Positions 1 through 13,519 are shown, numbered from the stretch's first letter. The stretch is DNA of 64,000 bases from Octopus sinensis (GCF_006345805.1 NC_042998.1:11780001-11844000), one strand, 5' to 3'. The notes: generated from the letters alone by a model not told the origin. Program-made: numbers and translations.

Positions 1-20
1 CCCTCTCTCTTTCTCTCTAC

Positions 21-97
<77 letters not shown>
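21..97. repeat. (TA)n microsatellite preceded by (CT)n
   Basis: Direct inspection. Confidence 0.95.
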
Positions 98-100
<3 letters not shown>

Positions 101-439
101 GCATAGATATATAAGTATATATACGTAAGCAGAAATACATATGCATACATACATGAAACAAACGAAAGAGTACATGCGTTTCTGTTGCGTGACAGGTAGG
201 ATTTTAGAGTACTTAATTCTGGTTATCTCTTTCACATAATATATATGTTTCTCAAGGTTTTCTCATGGCAGCTATGAATGTAATAATCTGTTTCAAAATT
301 TCAAATTTCTGCTTTTTAGCATCTTCTATAGGTATAATAATATAGGTATATATTATTCCAAACAGTTTGATTAGGATTCCATGCTACTTCAAGATATATA
401 TATCAAAAATAAGCAACAAGAATAACTTCGATAATTTAG

Positions 440-519
440 TACGATCGTTTCACGCAACATCACATTTTATTAAATATTGTCACTATTACAACAGTTTTAA
501 AATGTTGAGCAATCATCCG
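440..519 (-). ncRNA. Degenerate type I hammerhead-like motif with extended stem II
   Basis: Minus strand: CGGAUGA (U4G variant), long hairpin (CAACAUUUUA...UAAAAUGUGAUG), then GAAAC-GAUC-GUA with a palindromic stem III loop. Stem I pairs poorly. Confidence 0.45.
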
Positions 520-712
520 ACATTTATAGAGGTTTTCGATTAATACATAATTTTCATATCACCCCATGGATTTATATGGATAACACCATACATAATTCTG
601 GTGCATCTAGCTTAGGTACCATATTCATTTGAATCTAAATTTTGCTGACTGACATATTTATATATATATGAATTATTAAGGTGGCTATTCGCAATTTACA
701 ACCGAAAGGCAA

Positions 713-872
713 CAAGTACAGTCGTCACTAAAGTAACTGAGGGTGGTAGTGACCACAAACATTGCTAGAAATAAGAGTGAAAACAAAGAGGCAAAGAGTT
801 GTATTGACTCTTGTCTCTAGCAATGGTGTTGAAGACCTGCACCCTCAATCACTTTAATGACGACTATACTTG
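713..872. mobile_element. Imperfect foldback / MITE-like element (about 65-bp arms)
   Basis: caagtacagtcgtcactaaagtaactgagggtg...cattgctagaaataagagt is the imperfect reverse complement of actcttgtctctagcaatg...caccctcaatcactttaatgacgactatacttg. Confidence 0.6.
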
Positions 873-877
873 AATCT

Positions 878-945
<68 letters not shown>

Positions 946-1099
946 ACAGGTAGCAGAGTTAGCGGTTATAGTAACCGACTAAGGGATAAAATATCCGTAT
1001 TTACTCTCATGCTTTGAATTAAATAATAATAAGCTACAGATGTGGTTCAAATGATTTGTTGATCTAAGGTTTTCTCTCCATTTTCTAATTATTTAAATG

Positions 1100-1273
<174 letters not shown>

Positions 1274-1403
1274 GAGGGCATATCACGCTATCTACCTGAC
1301 GATTTCTTGTTAAGATTCCTTATTAAGAAGTTATCCTTAATTGTTAAATTTAAATTATATATATATATATATGTTAAGCAGTGTCGATTTTTACAATTCT
1401 GTA

Positions 1404-1416
1404 AATAATAATAATA

Positions 1417-1485
<69 letters not shown>

Positions 1486-1532
1486 AATAATAATAATATA
1501 ATAATAATATAATAATAATAATAATGATAATA
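1404..1532. repeat. (AAT)n/(GAT)n microsatellite
   Basis: Direct inspection. Confidence 0.95.
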
Positions 1533-1865
1533 TTTTATTAGTTTAAAGTTTATAAGCGATCATCGTGCAATGATTAAAGAAATAGTCTAATACTGGGTTA
1601 TTTAAGCCTTCAACGGAATAAAGTAGGTGTTCCCGTACGCATGGGACTGGAAACCACTGTTCTTTGTTTTCGCGACTAGCGTGTTGACTACACATTTACA
1701 CGACTGTGTTGACGCATTTATTCTAAACGTACATTTAACGAATCAGATGGCTTTCATTTTCTCAAGGAATGTACTTATACTCTTTAAATATTCCCAAATA
1801 TACCTATTACGGATTTAAAGACAGATAATAAAAAAGAAACCGAATTAAAAACATTTATCCCATTA

Positions 1866-2080
1866 ACTCTTTTAACTCTTTTACTTGTTTCAGTCATTTG
1901 ACTGCGGCCATGCTGGAGCACCGCCTTTAGCCGAACAAATCTATCCCGGGACTTATTCTTTGTAAGCCCAGTACTTATTCTATCGGTCTCTTTTTTGCCG
2001 AACCGCTAAGTGACGGGGACATAAACACACCAGCATCGGTTGTCAAGCAATGCTAGGGGGACAAACACAGACACACAAAT

Positions 2081-2117
<37 letters not shown>

Positions 2118-2247
2118 CATATATACGACAGGCTTCTTCCAGTTTCCGTCTACCAAATCCACTCACAAGGCATTGGTCGGCCCGGGGCTATAGCAGAAGA
2201 CACTTGCCCAAGATGCCACGCAGTGGGACTGAACCCGGAACCATGTG
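1866..2247 (-). mobile_element. tRNA-derived SINE family A, 5'-truncated
   Basis: High similarity to copies at 17526, 18127, 44341 and 59912. B box GGTTCAGTCCC, internal (TA)/(TG) tract, tail CAGCATGGCCGCAGTCAAATGACTGAAACAAGTAAAAGAG. Confidence 0.92.
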
Positions 2248-2883
2248 TTTATCTTTTCTTAAAACACGCCTCACACTCGCACAAGTTACCAAGTTTGTGC
2301 GGGCAAGGGTCTAATGGATTAAGTCTATTCCACTATAGCAAACTGAAAGGTCGTTGTCCTATAGATATCAAGGAGAAAAGTAACGTAACCTGAACTGCGG
2401 TGGAATTGAATATTGCTATAGATGAAAGTAACTAAAACTTGGAAAGCATTCAGTCCATCATTTCTTATACTCACTACCGTGTACCATTGTAAGCAGTATA
2501 TCGATTTTGCATCCAGTATGTTAAAATGCTACTTTCAGTAGCATTAGTAGAAATTGTACCACTCGATATATGTTTCAAATATTTTATTTCACGTTTCTTT
2601 TTATAATTCACTTTTGAAAGCAAGACAAATTCATTCATATCTATATACGAATATGTATGCTTGTATGTATGTATGTATGTACGTATGTACGTACGTATGT
2701 ATGTACGTATGTATGCATATATGTATATACATTTGTGTGCGTGTTTTAGTAAATTGCTGGAATCAAGTGCTTTTATATGATAAAAACACAGCAAACATTG
2801 ATTGAGTAAATGACTTAGTACATGTGTAGTGGGCAATATTTTGCATTATACCGTTGACAGCTACTTTTAAGTGACTTGTAATC

Positions 2884-3425
<542 letters not shown>

Positions 3426-3719
3426 TTAGATTTATTTGCATACATATAGATGTACATTAGAAACACACACATATTGCATACACATATGTATGTGCATGTG
3501 TGTCTAGCATATAACACAAAGAAAGCCGAAGACGAATTGAATTATTGCCAATTATTATTGTTACTCTAACTTCATGATCATCTCAGGTGTCCGGATAAGT
3601 TGGCACAGAATTTAAATTTAAATGTTGCCATAAATCATATCTAAAGTTATCTCAAGTATACCATAGTCAGAGATATTAGATTCAACTTTAGTGGACGCTG
3701 AACTTCGATATGCGTGTAT

Positions 3720-4075
3720 TAGGGTAAATGTGAATAAGCGTATAAACCATCATGAGGAGTTGAAAAGCATCAAACTTCTGTGAATTGACGGAATTAATTT
3801 TCTGTATTTGATTTGAAATAATTAGTTTATAAAGAAAATATGAAGGAGTCAATAAATAGTCTGAATTAGTAGTCGATGACAGGTTTTCCAAAGTTAATCT
3901 TGAGTGTTGCATAAGCGTCAATGTCCATTATCTCAAATGTCAACTGGACTAATTTCCATAAAAGTTTGAAGATTTAAGCAAACGACAAATAGAAACATTT
4001 TATTGAGATATAAAACAGTTGCAACGAGGTAATGGGAAAACTAGAAGACATCTGATGGGAGATTACTACTGGTAT
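3720..4075 (+). pseudogene. Highly degraded Chapaev3 (CMC)-like transposase C-terminal relic
   Basis: 3898-4073 reads LECCISVNVHYLKCQLD*FP*KFEDLSKRQIETFY*DIK...RHLMGDYYW. This parallels the recalled motif LGCNMSxKxHxLHSHLDxFPENxGxxSxEQGERFHQDIK...MxADYCW. Confidence 0.5.
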
Positions 4076-4149
4076 TTTAGGAGATCTACTCTGGAGTGTG
4101 GAAGCACTCCGTCGGTTACGACGATGAGGGTTCCGGTTGATCCGTGAAT

Positions 4150-4720
4150 GTGGATGCGTGAATGTAAGAAGCGGAATGAGATATGAATTACTTATTTCAC
4201 TCCTTCAGATAGGTAATTAGTGTAAGAGAGCATGTGAGACATAAGTTTTGTTAAGAAGAACGTGAGAAGTGGTGGGAGGAAGGACTGCCAATGCGGGTTA
4301 CATATAGTTATAGTTTTACATAAGCTTTAATACAATGGGTGGGGGGAGTGAATTTGTAGAACGACGAATTAATTGCACTGCAATATGAAATTGTTTGAAT
4401 TCCGCTGAGGTCCTCTAAGTCTACCTTTCGAAATGGGATTGATGGCTGGCAGTACCTGGAATACTTGTCCAGAGAGGTAAGTATGTTTGTACTGAAAAAG
4501 GTAAGGTTGTTATTGGCTTAGTTGCAGGTTAGTTTTGGAGTATATGCTCGTGAAATTCTACAGCTGTGGACTGAGCTATAAGTGTGGAAGAATAAAGAGG
4601 AAAGAAGCATATCATTTGTGCTGAAGATAGGTTGCAAGGATTAGAGAACTTTTCACATTTGGCAAAGGTCTGCATGTGTTGGTGAATCAGATAGAATTTA
4701 GAGAAAGACTTAATTTAGTT

Positions 4721-4800
<80 letters not shown>

Positions 4801-5520
4801 TGTGTGTATTTGTGTGGTAAAATCACGTATAGTAAAAATGATACTTAATCCGCTAGAATGCTACATATAAAATCAACGTAGTCTAGACCTGCTGGGATCT
4901 CTGCTATGCAAATTGACTAGAGATCTGAGCAAAAGACCAGAAAGTCTAATGGAAATTTAACAACGTTAGAGATATGTTACGTGAATCATGGAAACATAAT
5001 TTACTTCCTTTCAGTTCATTTTAAAAGTATTATAATGATGTGTAAATATAAAGAGATTAGTTTAGTATGTAACTTCACACTTGTGTTACACTTAACATTC
5101 TTTGTTTGTACAGTTGTATTGAATTTGTGTGGTCTATTTAGATGAGGGAATGGCATGTTCACCTATTTAGCTGTTCCCATAAGAGTAACTAATAGAATAT
5201 ATTTACTATCAGAAGTAATCAACATTTAAAGATCATCATCATCATCAAGAAAATTTTCGGTAGCCTGCTAATTTGAAGTGACAAAGGTTCCAGGATGAGA
5301 CTCAAGATTTTGTGCAAGATAATGCAGAGTAGATGATCCTATTAGACAGTGATAAAGTGATTCGATAGGAATAAAATCATAAATAGTTCGATAAAACTTG
5401 TTTTAGAGGTCAGAAAGAAACTAAAGGGTTTTGGAGAGTCATTGATATGAATTTATGAAGAGTCCTCTACTTTCTCCAGTGTAACTACTTTTCTGAAATT
5501 TGGTCTCAACAGATTGGCTT
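4150..5520 (-). pseudogene. Very old non-LTR retrotransposon relic (RT/RNase H-like traces), interrupted by (GT)n
   Basis: Only faint motif traces on the minus strand, with many stops. Confidence 0.25.
4725..4796. repeat. (GT)n microsatellite
   Basis: Direct inspection. Confidence 0.97.
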
Positions 5521-5639
5521 CTTTTCATTATGAATGATAGCTGTTTATTTGAGTTGAGAATAGCAAGGAAATTGCAATGTTAAGTGTATTATTGTAAATT
5601 TTGTGAAATACTTGCAACTATAACTAAGAATTGAACTTG

Positions 5640-6200
5640 TGTCGTGAGAGAATATTCAACCCACTAGGCAATCGCTACAATGTGCATCACCTTCGATTCT
5701 GCAGCATCACACTCCCTTCCTATAATGTGCTCCTCTTTCACTCTTTCAACATTCTGTTCCGAGAGTGATCTGACCTGCTCTCTGTATTGTTAAGCATTCG
5801 TCTTTTTAGTTGAATTATGAAATTTTATGCAACCTTCTTAGAATATGTGTTGCACCTTAGATATCAGTGCTTGAGAAGATCTATTAGTTAGCTATGTTTA
5901 AGCGTGAAGAGCCTGATATTCAGAGTTTCAGTAGAACATATTATCACTGATGATGTCTTCTGGTGACCTCTGGTCTTCGATACATCAATGACTGCATCAC
6001 AAAGACTGGATTTCCTCTCCAGAACCAAAATATTCTCCAGTATCTCATATTTGAGACGTTGCTGCTATTACACACACATATATATTCCAGACTGCATCCA
6101 GTTTGGTCGAAAGTCACTCATTAATACTCCAAAATCTGGCCTATAAACGTACTGTTTCCGCACTCTGCTCCCTTTTCTGCCATTACAGTGGTTGCTCTTC
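5640..6200 (-). pseudogene. Degenerate RTE-like LINE 3' relic
   Basis: Frameshifted traces of the RTE C-terminal motif (ESVLLYGSExW...LDG) near 6060-6180. Confidence 0.35.
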
Positions 6201-7334
6201 TGGAAACTGACCGATTTAGTCACATCCACTTAGAAGCATTCTTTTGTCCTCTCGTCACCCATTTTGTTAGCCTAATCTATTTTCTTCCCAGCCCCACCAC
6301 CCACTTATTTCCTCCCACCTCCACCACCACCACCACCTATTTCTTTCCTCCCCTTTATGTTTATGTTTTTTTTCGGTAACAGTCCTAAACTTGCAGCTGT
6401 TGAATGTTACCAGTTTCGGATAGTTTAGGGTAGGCAACGGGCATAGCGCTCTTCTCCCTAAATGTATGTTGTGGAGGATCGTGGATTGAAGTCAAAAACT
6501 TAGCGGATGTAAAATACTTTATCTGACACCTAAACTGATAACCAATGATCACACACTGCCACTTTCCCTCCATAGGACATATCGTAGTCCTAAGAAATGC
6601 TTTTTTTTTTTAGTTGATACTGCTGCTGATACCATTACTGACACTTCACTTGGCTAGTGCTCCGGATAAGTATATCTTTAATCAAAGGTATTCCTATTAT
6701 CACTGTCTCACCTTTATCCAGGCATTGTCTACCCCGTAATACATTATCCAGTCTGTCCACCTTTTGAAGAAGGTGAAATGAAATTCGATTGCTAGTTGTA
6801 TTGCCGATTCGTTGTTTCTTTGTATATTATGTGTCTGCTAAGGTCACAAGTTCTGCTCCTCCTCTTTAGAGTAATAAATCTAATGTTAAAAATTAATAAG
6901 AGAACACACACACACATATGGCACCATGAGAGGTCAGTGTCAATTAGGTGAGAAGCTGATTCTGTCTTCACTACAACTATTACTGAAAATAATCAAATAT
7001 ATCAGCCATTTCATGGCAGTTTATTTGATTATTGACATTGTTATTCGTGCTTTGAGCCAGGATTTTGATTATTAATGAATCCAATTTGCTGGTCTTCATG
7101 TTACTAATTCCCTTCGGAAAAGCAAATACTTCATACCATAATTTGCTGTTCTGTTTATTGCTTGGGTATCTTGGTTCTCTTTGTATTAACTGAACTGTGT
7201 TTGCTTTCTTCAGTTTACTTCAAATCAATGTGTACATAAACATTCATGCGTTTAGTAACAAAACAATATATTTTAGATAAATCAAAAATTACAGTTTAAG
7301 AAGAGAGAAAAATAACTTAATATTAAACAGCTGA

Positions 7335-7547
7335 AAGGCGGCGAGCTGGCAGAGACGTTAGCACGCTGGGCGAAATACTTAACGGTATTTCGTCTGTCTT
7401 TATGTTCTGAGTTCACATTCCGCCGAGGTCGACTCTGCCTTTCATCCTTTCGAGGGCGATAAATTAAGTACCAGTTGCGTACAGAGTCCATCTAATCGAT
7501 TGGCCCCCTCCCCCCAAATTTCGGGCCTTGTGCTTAGAGTAGAAAAG
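7335..7547 (+). mobile_element. tRNA-derived SINE family B, full length, with 16-bp TSD
   Basis: Head GGCGGCGAGCTGGCAGAG, B-box-like GAGTTCACATTCC, central GTCGACTyTGCCTTTCATCCTTTCG...GATAAATTAAGTACCAG domain (Meta/Sauria-like). Perfect flanking repeat aatattaaacagctga at 7319-7334 and 7548-7563. Confidence 0.92.
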
Positions 7548-7960
7548 AATATTAAACAGCTGAGATTAATTCTTTCTCCTTATATTGGATAACGAAATTA
7601 TGATTTATATGTAGTTTCACATCCAAGCAACAGATTTGGTTTTGTTTTCATCACAAGTCAGTCCATATTAAAAAAAAAAGGAAATCAAGTGCTATTCTTA
7701 AACCAAGTTCCAGAACAGGATTCGGATAGAATTGTGCGTCAACTTATTTTCAGATTTTTAGCTATCTCTTACGTCACAGCCCCAACAGTTATTGTTTTTA
7801 TTATCAAATATTGAGACTTAGCATGTTATTTACCAATGTTATTTATGTAATAGAAATGTAAATATAGTCCCTACGCGATGACAGTTTAACATTTACGCCA
7901 TAAATCACAAATAAATGTTCACGTATCTATTAACCCTTCCTGAATAGCATATATCTGTTT

Positions 7961-7974
7961 CTATCTATCTATCC

Positions 7975-8045
<71 letters not shown>

Positions 8046-8050
8046 CATCT
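7961..8050. repeat. (CTAT)n microsatellite
   Basis: Direct inspection. Confidence 0.97.
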
Positions 8051-8601
8051 GTCGGCCTGTCTCTGTCTCTCTTTCTCTCTCCATCTAATTAATATACATT
8101 GACATATGCAAGCATAACGAACATGTGTAAACATGTGCATTAACACACACACACACATACACACACGCACACACACACAGAATGTTTGTGATAAATATAT
8201 ATTTTGCATCAACAGGGACTTCAAGGACATTTAACGATTTCCTATTGATACATTTCATCAGAGTTTAAATGTGAAAATGAAATAAATATGTAAATAGAAC
8301 TGAGAATCAATACCATTTGAAATTAAAAAGAAACAAAATATAAATAAAATAATAAGAATGAAAGCAAAAGGAACATAATGATTATCGTATTCTCGAAATT
8401 TCATTACATCACTATAAATATTTTTCTGGAAGAGTTTGCTTAGATGTTATGTATATATAACGTGTAAGAAGAAGTATAGCTTTTAGAGAGAATTTACTTC
8501 GAATCGGCACAAACGTGATGCATTTTAAGAGAACGTGCTTGCGATTTCCTATATAGTTTATCTTTTATTTGTTTCAGTCATACACTTTTCTATATCTTTT
8601 A

Positions 8602-8884
<283 letters not shown>

Positions 8885-9256
8885 ATGCATATAATTCAAT
8901 TATTGGTTAGCTTCGGGTCGGTCTTGGACAAACAGGGTTATGATCAAAAGCATTCGAGGCGCATCCAAAAGATAAAGATATATACGGATTTAGCTGTGTA
9001 TTTCACGAAAATATAGGTCAATGTAAATTAATTTAGTTACTTGTTGAATATCTTCCTAGCCAGATAATAACCACTTTGTATTCTCTTTGGACACTAAATT
9101 TATAAACAACAGTTGAACTATCGTTTTAAGAGTTATAAAAGCATTTCTAGATTATTTATTGTGCAAATAATCGATTCCGTAAGTCATCCAGTATACAACC
9201 GTTTACATCTCCATAGTAATTCTTTCGTTACCGTTTCGTTAAGAATGTGGGGGTCT

Positions 9257-9300
9257 GCTTCGCTGAGGAAATTATAATAATACCGAAACATGTCCAGAGT
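9257..9300 (+). ncRNA. Minimal type I hammerhead-like motif (PLE type)
   Basis: GCUUCG-CUGAGGA-(eroded stem II)-GAAAC-AU-GUC-CAGAGU. Core intact, palindromic ACAUGU stem III, 5/6 stem I pairs. Confidence 0.55.
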
Positions 9301-9400
9301 TTTCTTCCGTAGTTTCTTGGGAAATCAGAATAATATCGTAGTTTCCTCGTCACATATTTCTAGTCAGCTTTTAATACTTTCTGTATAAAATATATTAAAT

Positions 9401-9896
9401 ATCGTGATGTAAATATGCCATTTGAATATGGCTAACCCCTAAGGGTGGATGTTACTGTAGTTTTTAGCCCCAGGAAGACATCTCCAGCTGGCTATAGACA
9501 TACTTTCTGTGCCCTATCAGTATTTGCAGAGGGAAGCCATCCTTCCCGTCTTCAACTTATGATACACACGGACCCGAGTTTAAAGGTATTGACCTATCAT
9601 CAGCGTGTGACAATCACAGTTGTCGATAGGAAGGAGGTTCTCTTTACAAATACATATACTTTTTCCAGTGTTCAGTGACACTGATATTGAAAAAGTGAAA
9701 TCAAACAATGATAAATATCAGAGTGAGTTATCAACACTAGCAGAAACACATCGTGATGTAAATATGCCATTTGAATATGGCTAACCCCTAAGGGTGGATG
9801 CTACTGTAGTTTTTAGCCCCAGGAAGACATCTCCTCCAGCTGGCTATAGACACCCTTTCTGTGCCCTATCAGTATTTGCAAAGGGAAGCCATCCTT
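9401..9896 (-). mobile_element. Retrozyme-like element: 1.4 copies of a 349-nt monomer containing a hammerhead
   Basis: Direct repeats at 9401-9544 and 9750-9896; HHR at 9565-9609; the target-like sequence aatatattaaat is present on both flanks. Confidence 0.75.
9565..9609 (-). ncRNA. Type I hammerhead ribozyme motif (one core substitution, G12U)
   Basis: CACACG-CUGAUGA-UAGGU-CAAU-ACCUU-UAAAC-UCGG-GUC-CGUGUG. Perfect 6-bp stem I, 4-bp stem II, GUC cleavage triplet. Confidence 0.75.
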
Positions 9897-10198
9897 TATA
9901 TAATATATTAAATATAATATATTAAATATATTAGCTCAATATGACCTCTCCTTTTGCTAACAATAACGACAATAATAACAACAAAAATTATAAACAACAA
10001 CGGCAACATAAATAACTATAACAGTAGGGATCTTCATATCCTGGGTAAACATTTGTCCCAGGATGTATGTTTAGTGGACTTGAATTCAAAACAGAGAAGC
10101 AATATGAAAATCGAGTATTCAAACCACGAAACTGTTTCATAATGAAAATCATGGACATGTAAAGAAATGCGAACAAGAACGACAGCAGCTGAGATATC

Positions 10199-10400
10199 GA
10201 TGTTATTTAGCCTGCGTCAACCTTGATCGATCACACCTATGATGAAATGCATTCCAGTCATGACCACCCGCCGTCCTTTTTGGCGTATGTAGATCTACGT
10301 TATCTAATGTGTCTTGTTTTTATTGAAAAAGATAGGGTGTGATTTGAAGATTTAGCTGCTATCTCTCGCAGATCGATCGAAAATCTTCCAGTTGCAGCGA
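10199..10400 (+). mobile_element. Old interspersed repeat (SINE-like)
   Basis: gttatttagcc...gatcga...cctatgat.aaa.gcattccag..atgacc; related degenerate text near 6640-6790, 8906-9060, 56760-56900 and (minus strand) 41970-42500. Confidence 0.5.
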
Positions 10401-10427
10401 CGTCCAGTAGCAGCAAATATTGCTGCA

Positions 10428-10459
<32 letters not shown>

Positions 10460-10583
10460 AGCTGCTGCTGCTGCTGCTACTACTACTACTACTACTACTA
10501 CTGCTGCTACTACTACTACTACTACTACAGCTGCTGCTGCTACTAATACTACTACTACTACAGCTGCTGCTGCTACTACCACC

Positions 10584-10624
<41 letters not shown>

Positions 10625-10667
10625 GGCTGCTGCTGCTGCTACTACTACTACTAATACTACTACAACA

Positions 10668-10706
<39 letters not shown>

Positions 10707-10985
10707 GCTGCTACTACTACTACTACTACTACTACTTGTATTAGAAGTTGTACTAATAGTAGTATTAGTATTTCTAGTTGCAGTATCAGTTATAGTATTA
10801 GCAGTAGCAGCAGAAGTAGTTGTAGTAGTAGTGGTTACTGTAGGAGTAACAGTAACAGCAATAGTCCTAGCAACATTCACTTTAGCAACAGTAATGTTAG
10901 GGGCAACATGAACATAGTGACAGTAGCAGTTGTAGTATTAGCAGCAGCAGTAGTAGTAATAGTTGTAGGAACAGCAGCAGCAGCA
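10428..10985. repeat. (CTA)n/(CTG)n tract followed by degenerate (AGT)n/(AGC)n
   Basis: Direct inspection; source of the poly-T/L/S/V ORFs. Confidence 0.95.
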
Positions 10986-11218
10986 GGATACGAGATTAGT
11001 CGTTCTTCCCCAAAAGTTCCAAAAATAAATGGAGCTAATATTTACGTCACTGATTACTAAATACGATACGATGAAACTTGAACTGGAAAATCCTATGAGT
11101 AATCATGGCAATTAGCAGCTTGTTGGCTCTGCTTATAATAGATTTATGAGAAATGAACTAAAATGTTTTGGGGAATATTCTTGTTCTTAAATATTTTTGT
11201 ATTTTGATGACCGATATT

Positions 11219-11461
11219 AAGATGGCGCGATGGCAGAAGCGTTAGCACCCGAAAAAGATGCTTAGCGCTGTTTCTTCCGGCTTTACTTTCTGAGTTAAAA
11301 TTTCGCTGAAGTCGTCTCGCTGAAGTCGTCTCGCTGAAGTCGTCTTTGCCTTTCATACTTTCGGAGTCGATAAAATGAGTACCAGGTGAGCACTGGGGTT
11401 GATGTAATCGACGTAGCTCCTTCCCCGAAATTGCTGACCTTGCGCCAAAATGTGGAACCAA
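11219..11461 (+). mobile_element. SINE family B with internal 14-bp triplication
   Basis: Similarity to the 7335 copy; tcgctgaagtcgtc x3 at 11303-11344. Confidence 0.85.
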
Positions 11462-11567
11462 TATTTAGTGATGTTCTGAATCAAAATAGCGCCGATGTCA
11501 ACTTTCTCTTCGAAATAAAGCAGTACTCCGTTACTGGGATCAGTTTAATCAATTAGCCCCGTTAGAT

Positions 11568-12023
11568 GAATTACTGGCCACCTGCCTCAATCAAAAATTA
11601 TTTGGATGTTCTGAATTCGCATCCAATAGAAACCAACTATACTTTTCAGATCTCCAAGGTCGATGAACTAACATACTGATCAAGAACAAGGTTGATTTAA
11701 GGAGCTAATATCACCTCCAAATTACTGGGTCTATGTTTAAATTCGAAATTATTTAAGTGTATGGATAAAGTGAATGGCAGAGTGTCTCACAAAATACCTC
11801 GAATTACTGGCCGCGTGCCTCAATTTGGATGTTCTGAATTCGCATCCTATAGAAACCAACTATACATTTCAGATCTCCAAGGTCGATGAACTAAAATGTC
11901 GGTCAAGAACAAGGTTGATTTAAGGAGCTAATATCACCTCCAAATTACTGGGTCTATGTTTAAATTCGAAATTATTTAAGTGTATGGATAAAGTGAATGG
12001 CAGAGTGCCTCACAAAATACCTC
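11568..12023 (+). repeat. Tandem duplication of about 225-230 bp (two copies) of an old SINE B-like body
   Basis: gaattactggcc...cacaaaatacctc at 11568-11800 and 11801-12023, near identical apart from a short indel. Confidence 0.88.
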
Positions 12024-12599
12024 GTAATTATTTCATCCGGCTTTTTATATTGTAAGTTTGAATCCCGCCGAAATCACGTGGCGGCAAAAGTTTGAAAGAA
12101 AGAGATTTATTGTTTCAGATATTGGAGGACTATTCAAAATGGCTTCTGTATTCTCATCTTTGACGGTCGGCCAGCAAGAGAAGATGCTGGGAATTGGGTA
12201 AATTTGAAGATGAAACTTGTTCGCAGTAAACAGATCCCAATACTAAACACTATAGCTTGACCGAGAACAGTAAGAACATGAATAGCAACACGAATAATGA
12301 TAAAGTAACAATATAAACAACGTAAGCAATAACAACAGCTATAGCATCAATAATAACAGTAGAGGCTGGTTTCAGCTGGAAAACCACTGCCGTCGCCCAT
12401 AAAATCAAAAGCGGAGAGAGGAATTCATTGCTACCGCTCTCACCCGGGAAAGAACAAACTGCAGAAGTGCTAATGGAACAACTATTGTCATAACAGTAAT
12501 AAGCAGTGAAAGTATCAGCAACAATAAAGGTAACGGCTGTGATAGAGGTGGAAGCACGTCATTTGCCGGTGTTATAAATTTTTTTGATTTAGTGCCACT

Positions 12600-13200
12600 G
12601 TCCGCCTCACATAAAGTCAGTATCTGGATGAAGTAGGCCGACATATCAACAGATCATCAAAATAGTATATAAACATGATAAAATGTTATTCTCGCAACAC
12701 TAGAGCCGCTCTTTGGCTAAACAGAAAATATAACTGGGATAGAGATGCACATTAAGAGACATAAACAGATGAATATTGCCTGAGTTCGCTGAAATTTGCT
12801 TGAGAAGCTTTTGGCAAGACGCAGAGTCTGTCACAAGTGCCCACCAGTTTGGTTCATATGAGTCACTTTCCTCTAGGAAACCTTGGCCCAGGAGCACTCT
12901 ACCATCCTATGTCGAAATGAGAAATTTACACAGAAACCATTTTACGTAGGATGGAGAGTGAGCAGTGTAAATTTTGACAATATACCACCATAATTGGACA
13001 TCTGGTGGGTAGCAAAATACGTTGCATTGGAAGCGTCTAGCATCCTGTAATACGAAAAGATTTCAAAAACAGAATAGGATTGCAATTGAATTAGAGATCT
13101 TGATAAAGATGAAACTTGAGACGAAGGCCAAGTTCCCCGATGTACGAGATCTTGGGAAGGCAGCAACTGTAGGTAACAGGGGAGAGTAGAAAACCTAGAT
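12600..13200 (+). pseudogene. Degenerate RTE-like LINE internal relic
   Basis: Faint traces of the RT N-terminal region (..PxxW..., FPxxxDLG). Confidence 0.3.
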
Positions 13201-13519
13201 GCTTCAAATGTGGAAACACTGACTACCTGACAGCCTTCTCTTGCACCAACAACAGGAAGTGACATCTGAAAGTTGTTTACCACTGCAAGCACCAACAGCA
13301 AAAATAAGCATAAGCAAGTACAACACCGTCACCGACCTCAATACCAACAACAACAACGTGTAACTTCATCAACATTGATTAAGCATGAGCAGCAAGGCTG
13401 AAAGCAACACTACAACAACGTCAACACACCTTAACGGCTCCCACATCACTGGTTATATAGGCAACAATAGCTACAGTATACCCCGAAGCAACAGTAAAGA
13501 GATCAAAAGGACAAAACCC

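Noticed and set aside
1296-1345. CTGACGA followed by a weak hairpin
   Set aside because: No downstream GAAA/NUH half, so not counted as a hammerhead.
2040-2393. Recurring peptide SVYQIHSQGIGRPGAIAEDTCPRCHAVGLNPEP in several ORFs
   Set aside because: Antisense translation of SINE family A, not a gene family.
9465-9553. Possible HDV-like ribozyme (GAAGAC/GTCTTC pairing, CTCC loop)
   Set aside because: P3 and P1.1 could not be formed; G-U polarity supports folding on the opposite strand.
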